A DNA stretch of 64,000 nucleotides from an uncultured Gammaproteobacteria bacterium. Its GTDB lineage: Bacteria; Pseudomonadota; Gammaproteobacteria; Steroidobacterales; Steroidobacteraceae. The translations under genes were made by a program, and so were the position numbers. The notes beneath the pieces were generated by a model. The model made no database searches, was not told the DNA's origin, and saw only the letters and a list, made by a program, of their open reading frames with translations. Of the stretch, positions 34,090 through 43,951 are shown in pieces (position 1 is the stretch's first letter; each line of letters begins with the position of its first letter). The stretch covers positions 351,343 to 415,342 of the forward strand of contig CAWDJK010000004.1 of assembly GCA_963802645.1 (NCBI GenBank), given 5' to 3'.

Positions 34090-34203
34090 GGTGGTCCGCA
34101 TCGGCTCCTCCGCGACGACCAGCCGTGAATCCCGTCAGGCCCGGAAGGGAGCAGCGGTAGCGGCGATGTCGGGTGCCGGAGGCTAAGCTGGTGCGGGCCG
34201 CCT
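34090..34203 (+). ncRNA. ffs: SRP RNA (4.5S RNA)
   Basis: Conserved domain IV core GTCAGGCCCGGAAGGGAGCAGC. The 5' GGTGGTCCGCA pairs with the 3' TGCGGGCCGCC. Usual position upstream of dnaX. Ends are approximate. Confidence 0.75.
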
Positions 34204-34223
34204 CCAACCGTCCGGGAAACTGA

Positions 34224-35931
34224 ATGAGCTACACCGCGCTCGCGCGCAAGTGGCGTCCGCAGAACTTCGCCGAGCTGATCGGCCAGGAGCACGTGCGGCG
34301 CGCGCTGGTCAATGCGCTCGACACCGGCCGCGTGCATCACGCCTTCCTGTTCACCGGCACGCGCGGGGTCGGCAAGACCACCATCGCGCGCATCTTCGCC
34401 AAGTGCCTGAACTGCGAGACGCGGCGTGACCGCCGAGCCCTGCGGCGTCTGTGCCGCGCTGCCGTGAGATCGACGCCGGCCGCTTCGTCGACCTGATCGA
34501 GGTCGACGCCGCCTCGCGCACCAAGGTCGACGACACCCGCGAGCTGCTCGACAACGTGCAGTACGCGCCGACCCGCGGCCGCTTCAAGGTGTACCTCATC
34601 GACGAGGTGCACATGCTCTCGGCGCACTCCTTCAACGCGCTGCTGAAGACGCTCGAGGAGCCGCCGCCGCACGTGAAGTTCCTGCTCGCGACCACCGATC
34701 CGCAGAAGCTGCCGGTGACGGTGCTGTCGCGCTGCCTGCAGTTCAATCTGAAGCGCCTGCCGGTGAGCGCAGATCGCCGCAGCAGCATGCACGCACATCC
34801 TCGAGCAGGAGGGCATCGCCCACGATGCGGCGGCGCTGCAGCTGCATCGCCCATGCCGGCGGACGGCAGCATGCGCGATGCGCTCTCGCTGCTCGATCAG
34901 CTGATCGCCTTCGGTGGCGGCAAGGCCGGCGAGGCCGAGGCGCGCGCCATGCTCGGCACCGTGGACCGCGATCACGTGGTGCGGCTCGCGCGAGCTGCTC
35001 GCCGCGGTCGATGCCGCCGGGCTGCTCGAACGGGGCGCAGGCGCTCGAGCAGTTCGCGCCCGACTATGCGCAGCTGCTCGATGAGCTCGCGGGGCTGCTG
35101 GTGCGGGTGGCGCTGCGGCAGGCAGTGCGCGACTACGAGGCCGATGAGATCTTCGCGCCCGAGGTGATCGAGCGCCTCGCGCGCGCGTTGACACCCGAGG
35201 ACGTGCAGCTCTACTACCAGACCGCGATCATCGGCCGGCGCGACCTGCCGCTCGCGCCCGACCCGCGCACCGGCTTCGAGATGACGCTGCTGCGCATGCT
35301 GGCGTTCCGGCCCGCCGGCGCGTCCGGAGCGACGCGCACGACCGCCCCGGCGGCGCCCCGCGCTCAGCGGCCGGCCGGGCTGGCCCAGGCGCCGACGCCA
35401 GGAGAAACCGCACTCGATTCGACGCCAGCGTCAGGAGAAACCGCGCTCGCCCAGGCGCCCACGCAGGGGGCAGCATCACTTGCCCCGGCGCTTGGGTCGG
35501 GAGAGGCGCTCGCCCAGGCGCCCACGCCACGAGAAACCGCGCTCGATTCGGCGCCGGCGCGCTGGGCCGCGATCGTCAATACGCTCGAGCTCTCGGGCGC
35601 CGCACGGCAACTCGCCAACCACTGCACGCTCATTGGCCGCAATGGCGCCGTGGTGCGCCTCGGGCTCGCTCCGCACAACCAGCAGCTGCGCACTCCGGCA
35701 CAGGAGGAGAAGCTGGCCCAGGCGCTCGCGCGCCACTTCGGGGCGCCGGTGCGTCTCGAGTTCCAGATGAACGCCGCCGCGGGCGACTCCCCGGCACTCG
35801 CGGCGCAACGCGCCTCGCAGCAGGAGCTCAGTGTCGCGCGGCGCGCCTTCGAGGCCGATCCCAACGTGCAGGGGCTGCGCGAGCGATTCGGCGCGACCGT
35901 GCTGCCGGACACCGTGCGGCCGGTAAAATGA
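34224..35931 (+). pseudogene. dnaX: DNA polymerase III subunits gamma/tau, at least three frame breaks
   Basis: [24 protein letters not shown]...[11 protein letters not shown] | [25 protein letters not shown]...YLIDEVHMLS | the C-terminal tau region lies in ORF 34825..35931. Confidence 0.85.
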
Positions 35932-35974
35932 TCCTGGTTCCTCACCCGGCGCGCGGCGCCTGACGGGCTACTCC

Positions 35975-36301
35975 ATGGCTGGCAATATCAACAACATGAT
36001 GAAGCAGGCTCAGGCGATGCAGGCCAACATGCAGAAGGCCCAGGCGGAGATCGCCAGCCTCGAGGTGATCGGAGAGTCGGGCGGCGGCATGGTGAAGGTC
36101 ACCATGACGGGCAAGCACGAGGTGAAGCGCGTGCAGATCGAGGCCGCGGTCGCCGGCGAGGATCGCGAGATGCTCGAGGATCTGATCGCCGCGGCCGTCA
36201 ACGACGCCGTGCACAAGGTGGAGGCGCGGGTGCAGGAGAAGATGGCGCAGCCTGACCGCGGCGGCTCTGCGCTCCCGCCGGGAATGAAGCTGCCGTTCTG
36301 A
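35975..36301 (+). CDS. ybaB: nucleoid-associated protein YbaB/EbfC
   Basis: 108 aa. [39 protein letters not shown] is a family signature. Confidence 0.9.
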   Translation: MAGNINNMMKQAQAMQANMQKAQAEIASLEVIGESGGGMVKVTMTGKHEVKRVQIEAAVAGEDREMLEDLIAAAVNDAVHKVEARVQEKMAQPDRGGSALPPGMKLPF

Positions 36302-36895
36302 TGAAGCACTCGCCGCTCTCGCCCAGCTGATCGAGGCACTGCGCGCCCTGCCGGGCGTGGGACCGAAGACCGCCCAGCGCATGGCGTTCCACCTGCTGCA
36401 GGAGGGACGGCCCGGAGCGCGCGTCCTCGCCGGGGCGCTCGATGCCGCGCTCGAGTCGGTGGTGCGCTGCCGGCGGTGCCGCATGCTGACGGAGAGCGAG
36501 CTGTGCTCGATCTGCGCCGCGGCGCAGCGCGAGGCGGCGCTGCTGTGCGTGGTCGAATCCCCCGCGGATGTGATGGCGATCGAGCCTCCGGCAGCTACCG
36601 CGGCCGCTATTTCGTTCTGATGGGACACCTCTCGCCGCTCGATGGCATCGGTCCTGAGCAGCTCGGACTGCGCGAGCTCGAGTCGCTGCTCGACGAAGGC
36701 GCGGTGCAGGAGCTCATCCTCGCCACCAACTCCACCGTCGAGGGCGAGGCAACCGCGCACTTCCTGTGCGAGCTCGCGGCGCGGCGCGGCATCCGCGCGA
36801 GCCGCATCGCCCACGGCGTGCCGGTGGGCGGAGAGCTCGAATACGTCGACGGCGGCACGCTGGCGCACGCGCTGGCGGGGCGCCAGTCGGTGTGA
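36301..36895 (+). pseudogene. recR: recombination protein RecR, at least two frame breaks
   Basis: ATG overlaps the ybaB stop. [24 protein letters not shown] and the zinc finger [16 protein letters not shown] are in one frame. The Toprim part ([20 protein letters not shown]...[13 protein letters not shown]) is in ORF 36476..36895. Confidence 0.85.
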
Positions 36896-36922
36896 GGCGG
36901 CGCGCCGCGCGCCGCCGCCGCA

Positions 36923-37840
36923 TCATTTGCGGGCGCCCGGTCCGCGGGCCGCGCTGAGCTTCTCAAACAGCATCCGCAGCCGCCGGTAGCTCTCGTAGCG
37001 GCGTGCATGGAACGTGCCGGCGTCAACCGCGGCGCGCACCGCGCAGTCGGGCTCGTGCAGGTGCCGGCAGTCGTGGAAGCGGCAGCCGGGAGCGAGCCGC
37101 TCGACCTCGACGAACCCGAGGCTGCGAGAATCGAGCTGGTCGATCGCCGGCGCAAAGTCACGTACGCCCGGTGAGTCGATGAGCGCGCGCTGCCCGGGGA
37201 GCTCGAAGAGCCGCGACGCGGTAGTCGTGTGGCGGCCTTCCTCCTCGCGGACCAGCTCGCCGATCGCCACCTGTTCCCCCGGCAGGAGCTGCGCGACCAG
37301 CGAGGACTTGCCGACGCCGGATTGTCCGACGAGGGCCGCCGCCGCGCCCGCAGGGATCGCCGCGAGCAGTGCCGCGAGGTTCGCGCCGGTCGTCGCCGAG
37401 CAGCGTACCGCGGCGTAGCCGGCCGCCGCGTACGCGGCGAGCTCGGCGCTGAGCGCCGCATCGATGCCGAGCTCCTCCTTGTTGACCACCAGCCTCGGCG
37501 CGATGTGCGCCGAGGCGGCCGCGGCCAGGTAGCGGTCGACCACGAACAGATCGGGTGCCGGGAGCGGTGCCAGCACCACGAGCAGCGCATCGAGGTTCGC
37601 CACCACGGGCTCCGAGGCGCCGCGCGCGTTGGCGCGGTAGAGGGCGCTGCGCCGGGGCAGTACCGCGACCACGTGCAGCTCGTCGTGGCGCGGGTCGGTG
37701 CGGCATTGCACCTGGTCGCCGCACACGACCGTGAGGGCGCGTCCGAAGGGGCGGGCGCGCAGCAGCCGGCCATCGGCAGCGCGCACCGTCATGTGACGGC
37801 CGGAGGTGGCGACCACGCGGGCCTCGAGTGTCTCGCTCAT
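36923..37840 (-). CDS. rsgA: ribosome small subunit-dependent GTPase A
   Basis: Circularly permuted GTPase: VVNKEEL ... GQSGVGKSSL ... C-terminal zinc motif CRFHDCRHLHEPDCAV. Start at MSETLE. Confidence 0.85.
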   Translation of the reverse strand: MSETLEARVVATSGRHMTVRAADGRLLRARPFGRALTVVCGDQVQCRTDPRHDELHVVAVLPRRSALYRANARGASEPVVANLDALLVVLAPLPAPDLFVVDRYLAAAASAHIAPRLVVNKEELGIDAALSAELAAYAAAGYAAVRCSATTGANLAALLAAIPAGAAAALVGQSGVGKSSLVAQLLPGEQVAIGELVREEEGRHTTTASRLFELPGQRALIDSPGVRDFAPAIDQLDSRSLGFVEVERLAPGCRFHDCRHLHEPDCAVRAAVDAGTFHARRYESYRRLRMLFEKLSAARGPGARK

Positions 37841-37891
37841 GGGAGGTGATACGATGGGTCGCGCACCGAGCGACACGCTACCACCAACCGT

Positions 37892-38459
37892 ATGCCGAGC
37901 GGCGACTACCTCATCTGGATCGATCTGGAGATGACGGGTCTCAAGCCCGACTCGGACTCCATCATCGAGATCGCCACCGTGGTCACCGATCGCGAGCTCG
38001 GCGTGCTCGCCGACGGGCCCGTCATCGCGATCCACCAGAGCGAGGAGGTGCTCGCGCGCATGGACGACTGGAACCAGCGCCAGCACGGCGCCTCGGGCCT
38101 CCTCGCCCGGGTGCGGACCAGCCGCGTGAGCGCCGCCGAGGCCGAGCAGCGCACGCTCGAGTTCCTCATGCCGCTCGTTACCGCCGGCAGCTCGCCCATG
38201 TGCGGCAACAGCATCTGCCAGGACCGGCGCTTCCTCGCGCGCTACATGCCGGACCTCGAGCGCTTCTTCCACTACCGCAATCTCGACGTGTCGCACGCTC
38301 AAGGAGCTGGCGCGCCGCTGGGCGCCTGCGGTCGCCGATGGCTTCGCGAAGCAGGGCGCGCATCTGGCCAACGCCGACATCCACGAGTCGATCCGCGAGC
38401 TGCGGCACTACCGCGCGAGGCTGTTCGCGCCGGCCTACCAGGGGTCGGGGGGCGCTTGA
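37892..38459 (+). pseudogene. orn: oligoribonuclease, one frame break (extra base at about 38294)
   Basis: [11 protein letters not shown]...[11 protein letters not shown]...YRNLDVS, then the conserved [11 protein letters not shown]...[18 protein letters not shown] in the next frame. Removing one C restores it. Confidence 0.88.
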
Positions 38460-38845
38460 GTCTCGTGACGCACCGGGGTGGCTGTCACTGCGGCGCGGTG
38501 GCCTTCGAGGTGCAGGCGCCGGGGCGCCTCACGGTGAGCGACTGCAACTGCTCGATCTGCCGCATGAGCGGCTACCAGCACCTGATCGTGCCGCGGGCGC
38601 GGTTCACCCTGCTGCAGGGTGCGGAGAGCCTCACGGAGTACCGCTTCAACACCGGTACCGCGCGGCACCTCTTCTGCCGGCACTGCGGGGTCAAGTCGTT
38701 CTACGTGCCGCGCTCGAATCCCGACGGTTACAGCGTCAACGCGCGCTGCCTCGATCCCGCCACGGTCGAGCACGTCGAGGTCGAGATCTTCGACGACAAC
38801 GATCGCGGTGCGTCCGAGGCGCGCCTGCGCAACCTTTCTCGTTAG
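38456..38845 (+). CDS. GFA (glutathione-dependent formaldehyde-activating / CENP-V) family protein
   Basis: [12 protein letters not shown]...[10 protein letters not shown]...FCRHCG are the zinc-binding Cys pattern of the GFA family. The TTG/GTG start overlaps the orn stop. Confidence 0.7.
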   Translation: MSLVTHRGGCHCGAVAFEVQAPGRLTVSDCNCSICRMSGYQHLIVPRARFTLLQGAESLTEYRFNTGTARHLFCRHCGVKSFYVPRSNPDGYSVNARCLDPATVEHVEVEIFDDNDRGASEARLRNLSR

Positions 38846-38846
38846 A

Positions 38847-38872
38847 CCGGCGAAAGACGCGACTTTCGCCGG
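38847..38872. terminator. GC-rich hairpin between convergent GFA gene and ppsA
   Basis: CCGGCGAAAG-ACGCGA-CTTTCGCCGG, a perfect 10-bp stem that exactly fills the spacer. Confidence 0.45.
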
Positions 38873-41261
38873 CTACCTGGGCTGCTGCGCCAGGAACAGC
38901 CAGGTCTCGACCACGGTGTCGGGGTTGAGCGACATGCTCTCGATGCCCTGCTCGAGCAGCCAGCGCGCCAGGTCCGGGTGGTCGGACGGTCCCTGGCCGC
39001 AGATGCCGATGTACTTGCCGTGCCTTGCGGCAGGCCTTGATCGCCATCGCGCAGCATGCGCCTTCACGGCCGTCGTCGCGCTCGTCGAACAGCTGCGCGA
39101 CGATCGCCGAGTCGCGGTCGAGCCCGAGCGTGAGCTGCGTCATGTCGTTCGAGCCGATCGACATGCCGTCGAAGTGCTCGAGGTACTGGTCCGCCAGCAG
39201 CGCATTGGTCGGCAGCTCGCACATCATGATGATCTTGAGGCCGTCCTCGCCGCGCTTGAGCCCGTTGGCGGCGAGCAGCTCGGTGACCTGGCGCGCCTCG
39301 GCGACCGTGCGCACGAACGGCACCATGACCGCCACGTTGGTGAGCCCCATGCTCTCGCGCACGCGCTTCAACGCCCGGCACTCGAGCTCGAAGCACGGGC
39401 GGAAGCGTCTCGTCCGACGTAGCGCGACGGCGCCGCGGAAGCCGAGCATCGGGTTCTCCTCGTGCGGCTCGTAGCTGCTCGCCGCCGATCAGGTTGGCGT
39501 ACTCGTTCGACTTGAAGTCCGAGAGGCGCACGATCACCGGCTCGGGCGCGAAGGCGGCGGCGATCTGTGCCGATGCCCTCGGCGAGCTTCGTCGACGTAG
39601 AAGTCCGACCGGGTCGGAGTAGCCGGCCATCTGCTCGCGGATCGTGCTGCTTGCAGCTCGCGGCGTCGAGACGCGTCGAACTCGAGCAGCGCCCGCGGGT
39701 GCACGCCGATCATGCGGTTGATGATGAACTCGAGCCGCGCGAGGCCGACGCCGTGGTTGCGGGATGCTGGCGAAGTCGAAGGCCCGGTCCGGATTGCCGA
39801 CGTTCATCATGATCTTGACCGGCGATCTGCGGCAGCGAGTCGAGCTCGATCTGCTTGCGCTCGAACTCGAGCACGCCCTCGTAGACGTAGCCGGTGTCGC
39901 CCTCGGCGCAGGACACCGTGACGGGCTGGCCGTCGCGGATGCGCGCCGTGGCGTCGCCGCAGCCGACCACCGCCGGAATGCCGAGCTCGCGCGCGATGAT
40001 CGCCGCGTGGCAGGTGCGGCCGCCGCGGTTGGTGACGATGGCCGCGGCGCGCTTCATCACCGGCTCCCAGTCGGGGTCGGTCATGTCGGCGACCAGCACG
40101 TCGCCCGACTGCGACGCGGGCCATCTCGCTCACGTCGCGGATGACGCGCGCGGGGCCCGCGCCGATGCGCTGGCCGATGCTGCGGCCGGTGGCGAGCACC
40201 GCCGAGCGGTTCTTGAGCGTGTAGCGCTGAATGGTGCGGCCGGCGCGGCTCTGCACGGTCTCCGGGCGCGCCTGCAGGATGTAGATCGCGCCGCTGCCGC
40301 CGTCCTTGCCCCACTCGATGTCCATCGGCCAGCCGTAGTGCTCCTCGATGAGGAGCGCCTGGCGCGCGAGCGCCTCGAGATCGGCGTCGCTGAGGCAGAA
40401 ACGCTGGCGGTCCGCCTGCGGCACGTCGACGGTCGTGACCCGCTCGACCGCTCCCGGCCGGCGGCGTAGACCATCTTGATGCGCCTTGCCGCCGAGCTTG
40501 CGGCGCACGATCGCGTGCTTGCCGGCGCGCAGCGCGGGCTTGTAGACGTAGAACTCGTCCGGGTTCACCGCGCCCTGCACCACGGTCTCGCCGAGCCCCT
40601 ACGACGGCGGTGATGAACACCACGTCGCGGAAACCCGAGTCGGTGTCGAGCGTGAACATCACGCCGCTCGCGCCGAGGTCGCTGCGCACCATGTGCTGGA
40701 CGCCGGCCGAGAGCGCCACCGCGCGTGATCGAAGCCCTGGTGCACGCGGTAGGAGATCGCGCGGTCGTTGAACAGCGAGGCGAACACGTCGTGCATCGCG
40801 TCCAGCACCGCCGCAGCGCCGCGCACGTTGAGGAAGGTCTCCTGCTGCCCGGCGAAGGAGGCATCCGGCAGGTCCTCGGCGGTGGCCGAGGAGCGCACCG
40901 CCACGGCGATCTCGCGCGCCGCCGCTCATGCGCTCGAGCTCCGCGCTCGACCGCCGCGGTCAGCGCGGCGGCCGAACGGCGTCGCCAGGATCCAGTCGCG
41001 GATGCGCGCACCGCTCGCGGCGAGCTTCACGACGTCGTCGACGTCGAGTGCGGCGAGCTCGGCGCTGGATGCGCGTCGTCCAGGCCGTCCTGGGCGAGGA
41101 ACTCACGGTAGGCGTCGGCGGTGGTGGCGAAGCCGCCGGGCACGCGTACGCCGAGCTTCGCCAACGATGCCGATCATCTCGCCGAGCGAGGCGTTCTTGC
41201 CGCCGACGGTCTCGACGTCGCTCATCTTGAGCTGCTCGAGGGGGATTACGTAGGCGTTCAA
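38873..41261 (-). pseudogene. ppsA: phosphoenolpyruvate synthase, ten or more frame breaks
   Basis: N-terminus [30 protein letters not shown]. Swivel domain [46 protein letters not shown]-terminus [31 protein letters not shown] and [11 protein letters not shown]. All are scattered over the three frames. TTG start inferred. Confidence 0.9.
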
Positions 41262-41305
41262 GGATGCTTGCTCCTGCTGCGCGTGCGGTGAAACACTGAC
41301 CCGCG

Positions 41306-42129
41306 ATGAGCCGTCGAACCGTTTTCTTCGTCTCGGATCAGACCGGCGTGACCGCAGAAACGATGGGTCACAGCCTGCTGACCCAGTTCGAGGGGGTGGA
41401 ATTTCGACGCGGTGACTTTGCCATTTGTGTCGAGCATTGACAAGGCAGAGGAAGTGGTCCGGCGCATCGACCGCGACGGCGGCGGAGGAGGGGCTGCGGC
41501 CCATCGTGTTCAGCACGCTGGTGCAGGACGATCTGCGCGATATCGTCGCGGGCGCCAACGGACTGTTCCTGGATTTCTTCGACGCGTTCGTCGGACCGCT
41601 GGAGCGCGAGCTCAGCGTGCGCTCGACGCATCGCGCCGGGCGCGCGCACGGCATCGCGGATCTCGCCGCCTACACCACCCGCATCAACGCCACCAACTTC
41701 GCGCTCGCCAACGACGATGGCACCGGCGGCGACTATGCGCACGCCGACGTGGTGCTGGTCGGCGTCTCGCGCGTCGGCAAGACGCCGACCTGCGTGTACA
41801 TGGCGCTGCAGTACGGCGTGTTCGCCGCCAACTACCCGCTCACCGAGGATGATCTCGAGGCCGGCAAGCTTCCGGCGCGGCTCGAGCCCTATCGCAGCAA
41901 GCTCTACGCGCTCACCATCACGCCGGAGCGGCTGCAGCAGATCCGCACCGAGCGCCGCCCCGACAGCCGCTACGCCTCGCGTGCGCAGGTGCAGTACGAA
42001 CTGCGCGCCGCCGAGGCGCTCTACACGCGTTTCGGCTTGCCCTCGCTCGACACGACCGAGTGCTCGATCGAGGAAATCGCCAGCCGGATTCTCAACACTA
42101 CCGCAATCGAGCGGCGTTTGCGTCCATAA
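41306..42129 (+). pseudogene. ppsR: PEP synthase regulatory protein (bifunctional kinase/pyrophosphorylase, DUF299), two frame breaks near the 5' end
   Basis: [25 protein letters not shown] | [18 protein letters not shown] | RPIVFSTLV...VLVGVSRVGKTPTCVYMA... Divergent from ppsA as usual. Confidence 0.85.
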
Positions 42130-42242
42130 GATCTGCGCGCACGCGGGTCGCACGGAATTTGCAAGCGAACCAGGTCGCGCAGTGACGACAAAACGCGCAC
42201 TCGTCGGCTTGCACAGCAGCGTTCACGCGCTATAGTCGGGAC

Positions 42243-42722
42243 GTGCTCGCGAACGACACACTGACCCGGGTTTCCTGGCGCGCCAGGCCGCGCAGTTTCG
42301 TCGCGCTCATGGGTCTCTACGAGAGCAACTTCATCCGCCTCGGCTGGCTTGCCGGGACCTTAGGCGAGCTCGCCGGGGCGCACCGTTCGGCGGTCGCCGG
42401 GGATTGTGATCTCGTTCTCACCGTCACCGAGCGCTCCCCCTACACCAGCACGCTTGCGCTCAGCTACCTCTTGCCCGAGGCGCAGGGGACGGGCCGATAT
42501 CCGGACATGCGCCTGCGCATCTACCATGACGCGCATCTCGTCGAGGCGCAGCAGTGGGCGATGGTTCACACCCAGCCGGTCCTCAAGGCGCTGCGCACCC
42601 GCGCGGAGCGTGAACTGGATCAGCGCTGGGCGCGCAACGTGATGTTAAATAAGTGGCTGGAATACTGCGTGGAGCGAGGTCATCGCTTCTCATCCCGCAC
42701 AAGGCTCACCGCCGGCGCTTGA
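42243..42722 (+). CDS. DUF1249 (YqiB-like) family protein
   Basis: 159 aa. LMGLYESNFIRL...YHDAHLVEA...WARNVMLNKWLEYC resembles the YqiB family. GTG start. Confidence 0.65.
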   Translation: MLANDTLTRVSWRARPRSFVALMGLYESNFIRLGWLAGTLGELAGAHRSAVAGDCDLVLTVTERSPYTSTLALSYLLPEAQGTGRYPDMRLRIYHDAHLVEAQQWAMVHTQPVLKALRTRAERELDQRWARNVMLNKWLEYCVERGHRFSSRTRLTAGA

Positions 42723-42750
42723 GAAGGGGCGGTCGTTCGCCCGAATTCTC

Positions 42751-43788
42751 ATGAACGCGTTGCGGCAACTCGGATTCCTCAAGATCAACCTGCGCCCGGA
42801 AGGGCGCGAGGCCGACCACGAGCATCGTGTGATCGAGCTGTTCCGCAACCGTGCGGAGCTCAAGAAGGCCTATGGCGGGCTGCAGGAAGAGACCTACCGC
42901 CTCAAGGACCTCGTCAAGCAGCAGGAAGCCGCCACGGCGCGCGTGCAGGACATGCTGAGCGAGCTCGAGGCACGCCTCGGCTCGAACGATACCGCCTACT
43001 CGACGCTCGCCTTCTACCAGTTGCGGCGGCTGTGGCAGTCGGGCCGGGAGCTGCTCGCGCAGTTCGTCGCCGATCTCGCCAGGCAGCAGGATGAGCGCGA
43101 GCGCAAGTCACACCTCGCGCTCCACAACCGCGAGCAGTTCGCGCGCCGCCAGAGCGGCGAGGCGCAGCTCGCCACCGCGCGGCAGCTGACCGAGGCAAGC
43201 ACCGCCCTGGTCACGCAGCTGCAAGCCGAGCACGTCAGGCTGACCCGCTTCTGGCACTACTTCAAGCGCCGCGCGCTCGAGAAGCGCATCCACGGCGCGC
43301 AGGCGGCCGCGGCCGCGGCCAGCGCCTCGCTCATCGAGGCCCAGGCGCAGCTCGAGCGCGTGAATGCCGAGGCGTTGCCGGAGTTCCCCGGGTTGTCGCT
43401 CGAGGCACGCCGTGCGATCAACCTCGCGGCGATCGCCTACGCCGAGGTGCTGTGCAAGCGGCTCGAGGTGATCGAGCAGCCGGTGCTGCAGATGGCGCGC
43501 GAAGCTACCGGGCGGCGTACGGCGGCCGACGTCTACGGCGGGCCGAAGGAGTGCGTGCTGCTCATGGGGCAGATCGGCCGCGCCCAGCGGCTGCTCGCGA
43601 GCAAGGTGGCGCTCGGCGAGGAGATCCGCCGGCACGGCGAGAGATTGAAGCCCGCGGTGGCTTACCGCGGCGCCGCCGACACCTGTCCGACGAGTGACTC
43701 GGTCGGGGCGGCACCTGAGGGCTCGGCACACGTACCCAACGTGCTGGCCGAGGACACCTGGGACCTGTTCAGAGTATTGTTGCGCTAG
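42751..43788 (+). CDS. hypothetical protein, predicted long coiled coil, no family recognised
   Basis: 345-aa intact ORF 28 nt after the DUF1249 gene. Heptad-like Q/E/R/A/L-rich sequence, codon usage like its neighbours, followed by a hairpin. Confidence 0.6.
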   Translation: MNALRQLGFLKINLRPEGREADHEHRVIELFRNRAELKKAYGGLQEETYRLKDLVKQQEAATARVQDMLSELEARLGSNDTAYSTLAFYQLRRLWQSGRELLAQFVADLARQQDERERKSHLALHNREQFARRQSGEAQLATARQLTEASTALVTQLQAEHVRLTRFWHYFKRRALEKRIHGAQAAAAAASASLIEAQAQLERVNAEALPEFPGLSLEARRAINLAAIAYAEVLCKRLEVIEQPVLQMAREATGRRTAADVYGGPKECVLLMGQIGRAQRLLASKVALGEEIRRHGERLKPAVAYRGAADTCPTSDSVGAAPEGSAHVPNVLAEDTWDLFRVLLR

Positions 43789-43917
43789 CTGCAACCCGCA
43801 GCGCAGGGCGCCAAAGTCCCTGCGTCGAACCTGCGACGGAGTGCTCGGCTGCCGAAGTGATTGCGGCAGAGGCACATCGAGCCCCGCCTTTGGCGCCCGG
43901 CAACGAAGCTGATGTCC

Positions 43918-43944
43918 GGCAAAATCGCCGCAGGCGATTTTGCC
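43918..43944. terminator. hairpin in the convergent spacer between the hypothetical gene and prc
   Basis: GGCAAAATCGCC-GCA-GGCGATTTTGCC, a perfect 12-bp stem. Confidence 0.45.
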
Positions 43945-43951
43945 CAGTTGA

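Noticed and set aside
34224-35931. Whether the dnaX frame breaks represent the programmed -1 ribosomal frameshift that makes the gamma subunit.
   Set aside because: The breaks occur in the N-terminal ATPase domain at about 34425 and at other unrelated positions. No A AAA AAG-type slippery heptamer with a downstream stem is seen, and identical breaks affect dozens of unrelated genes.
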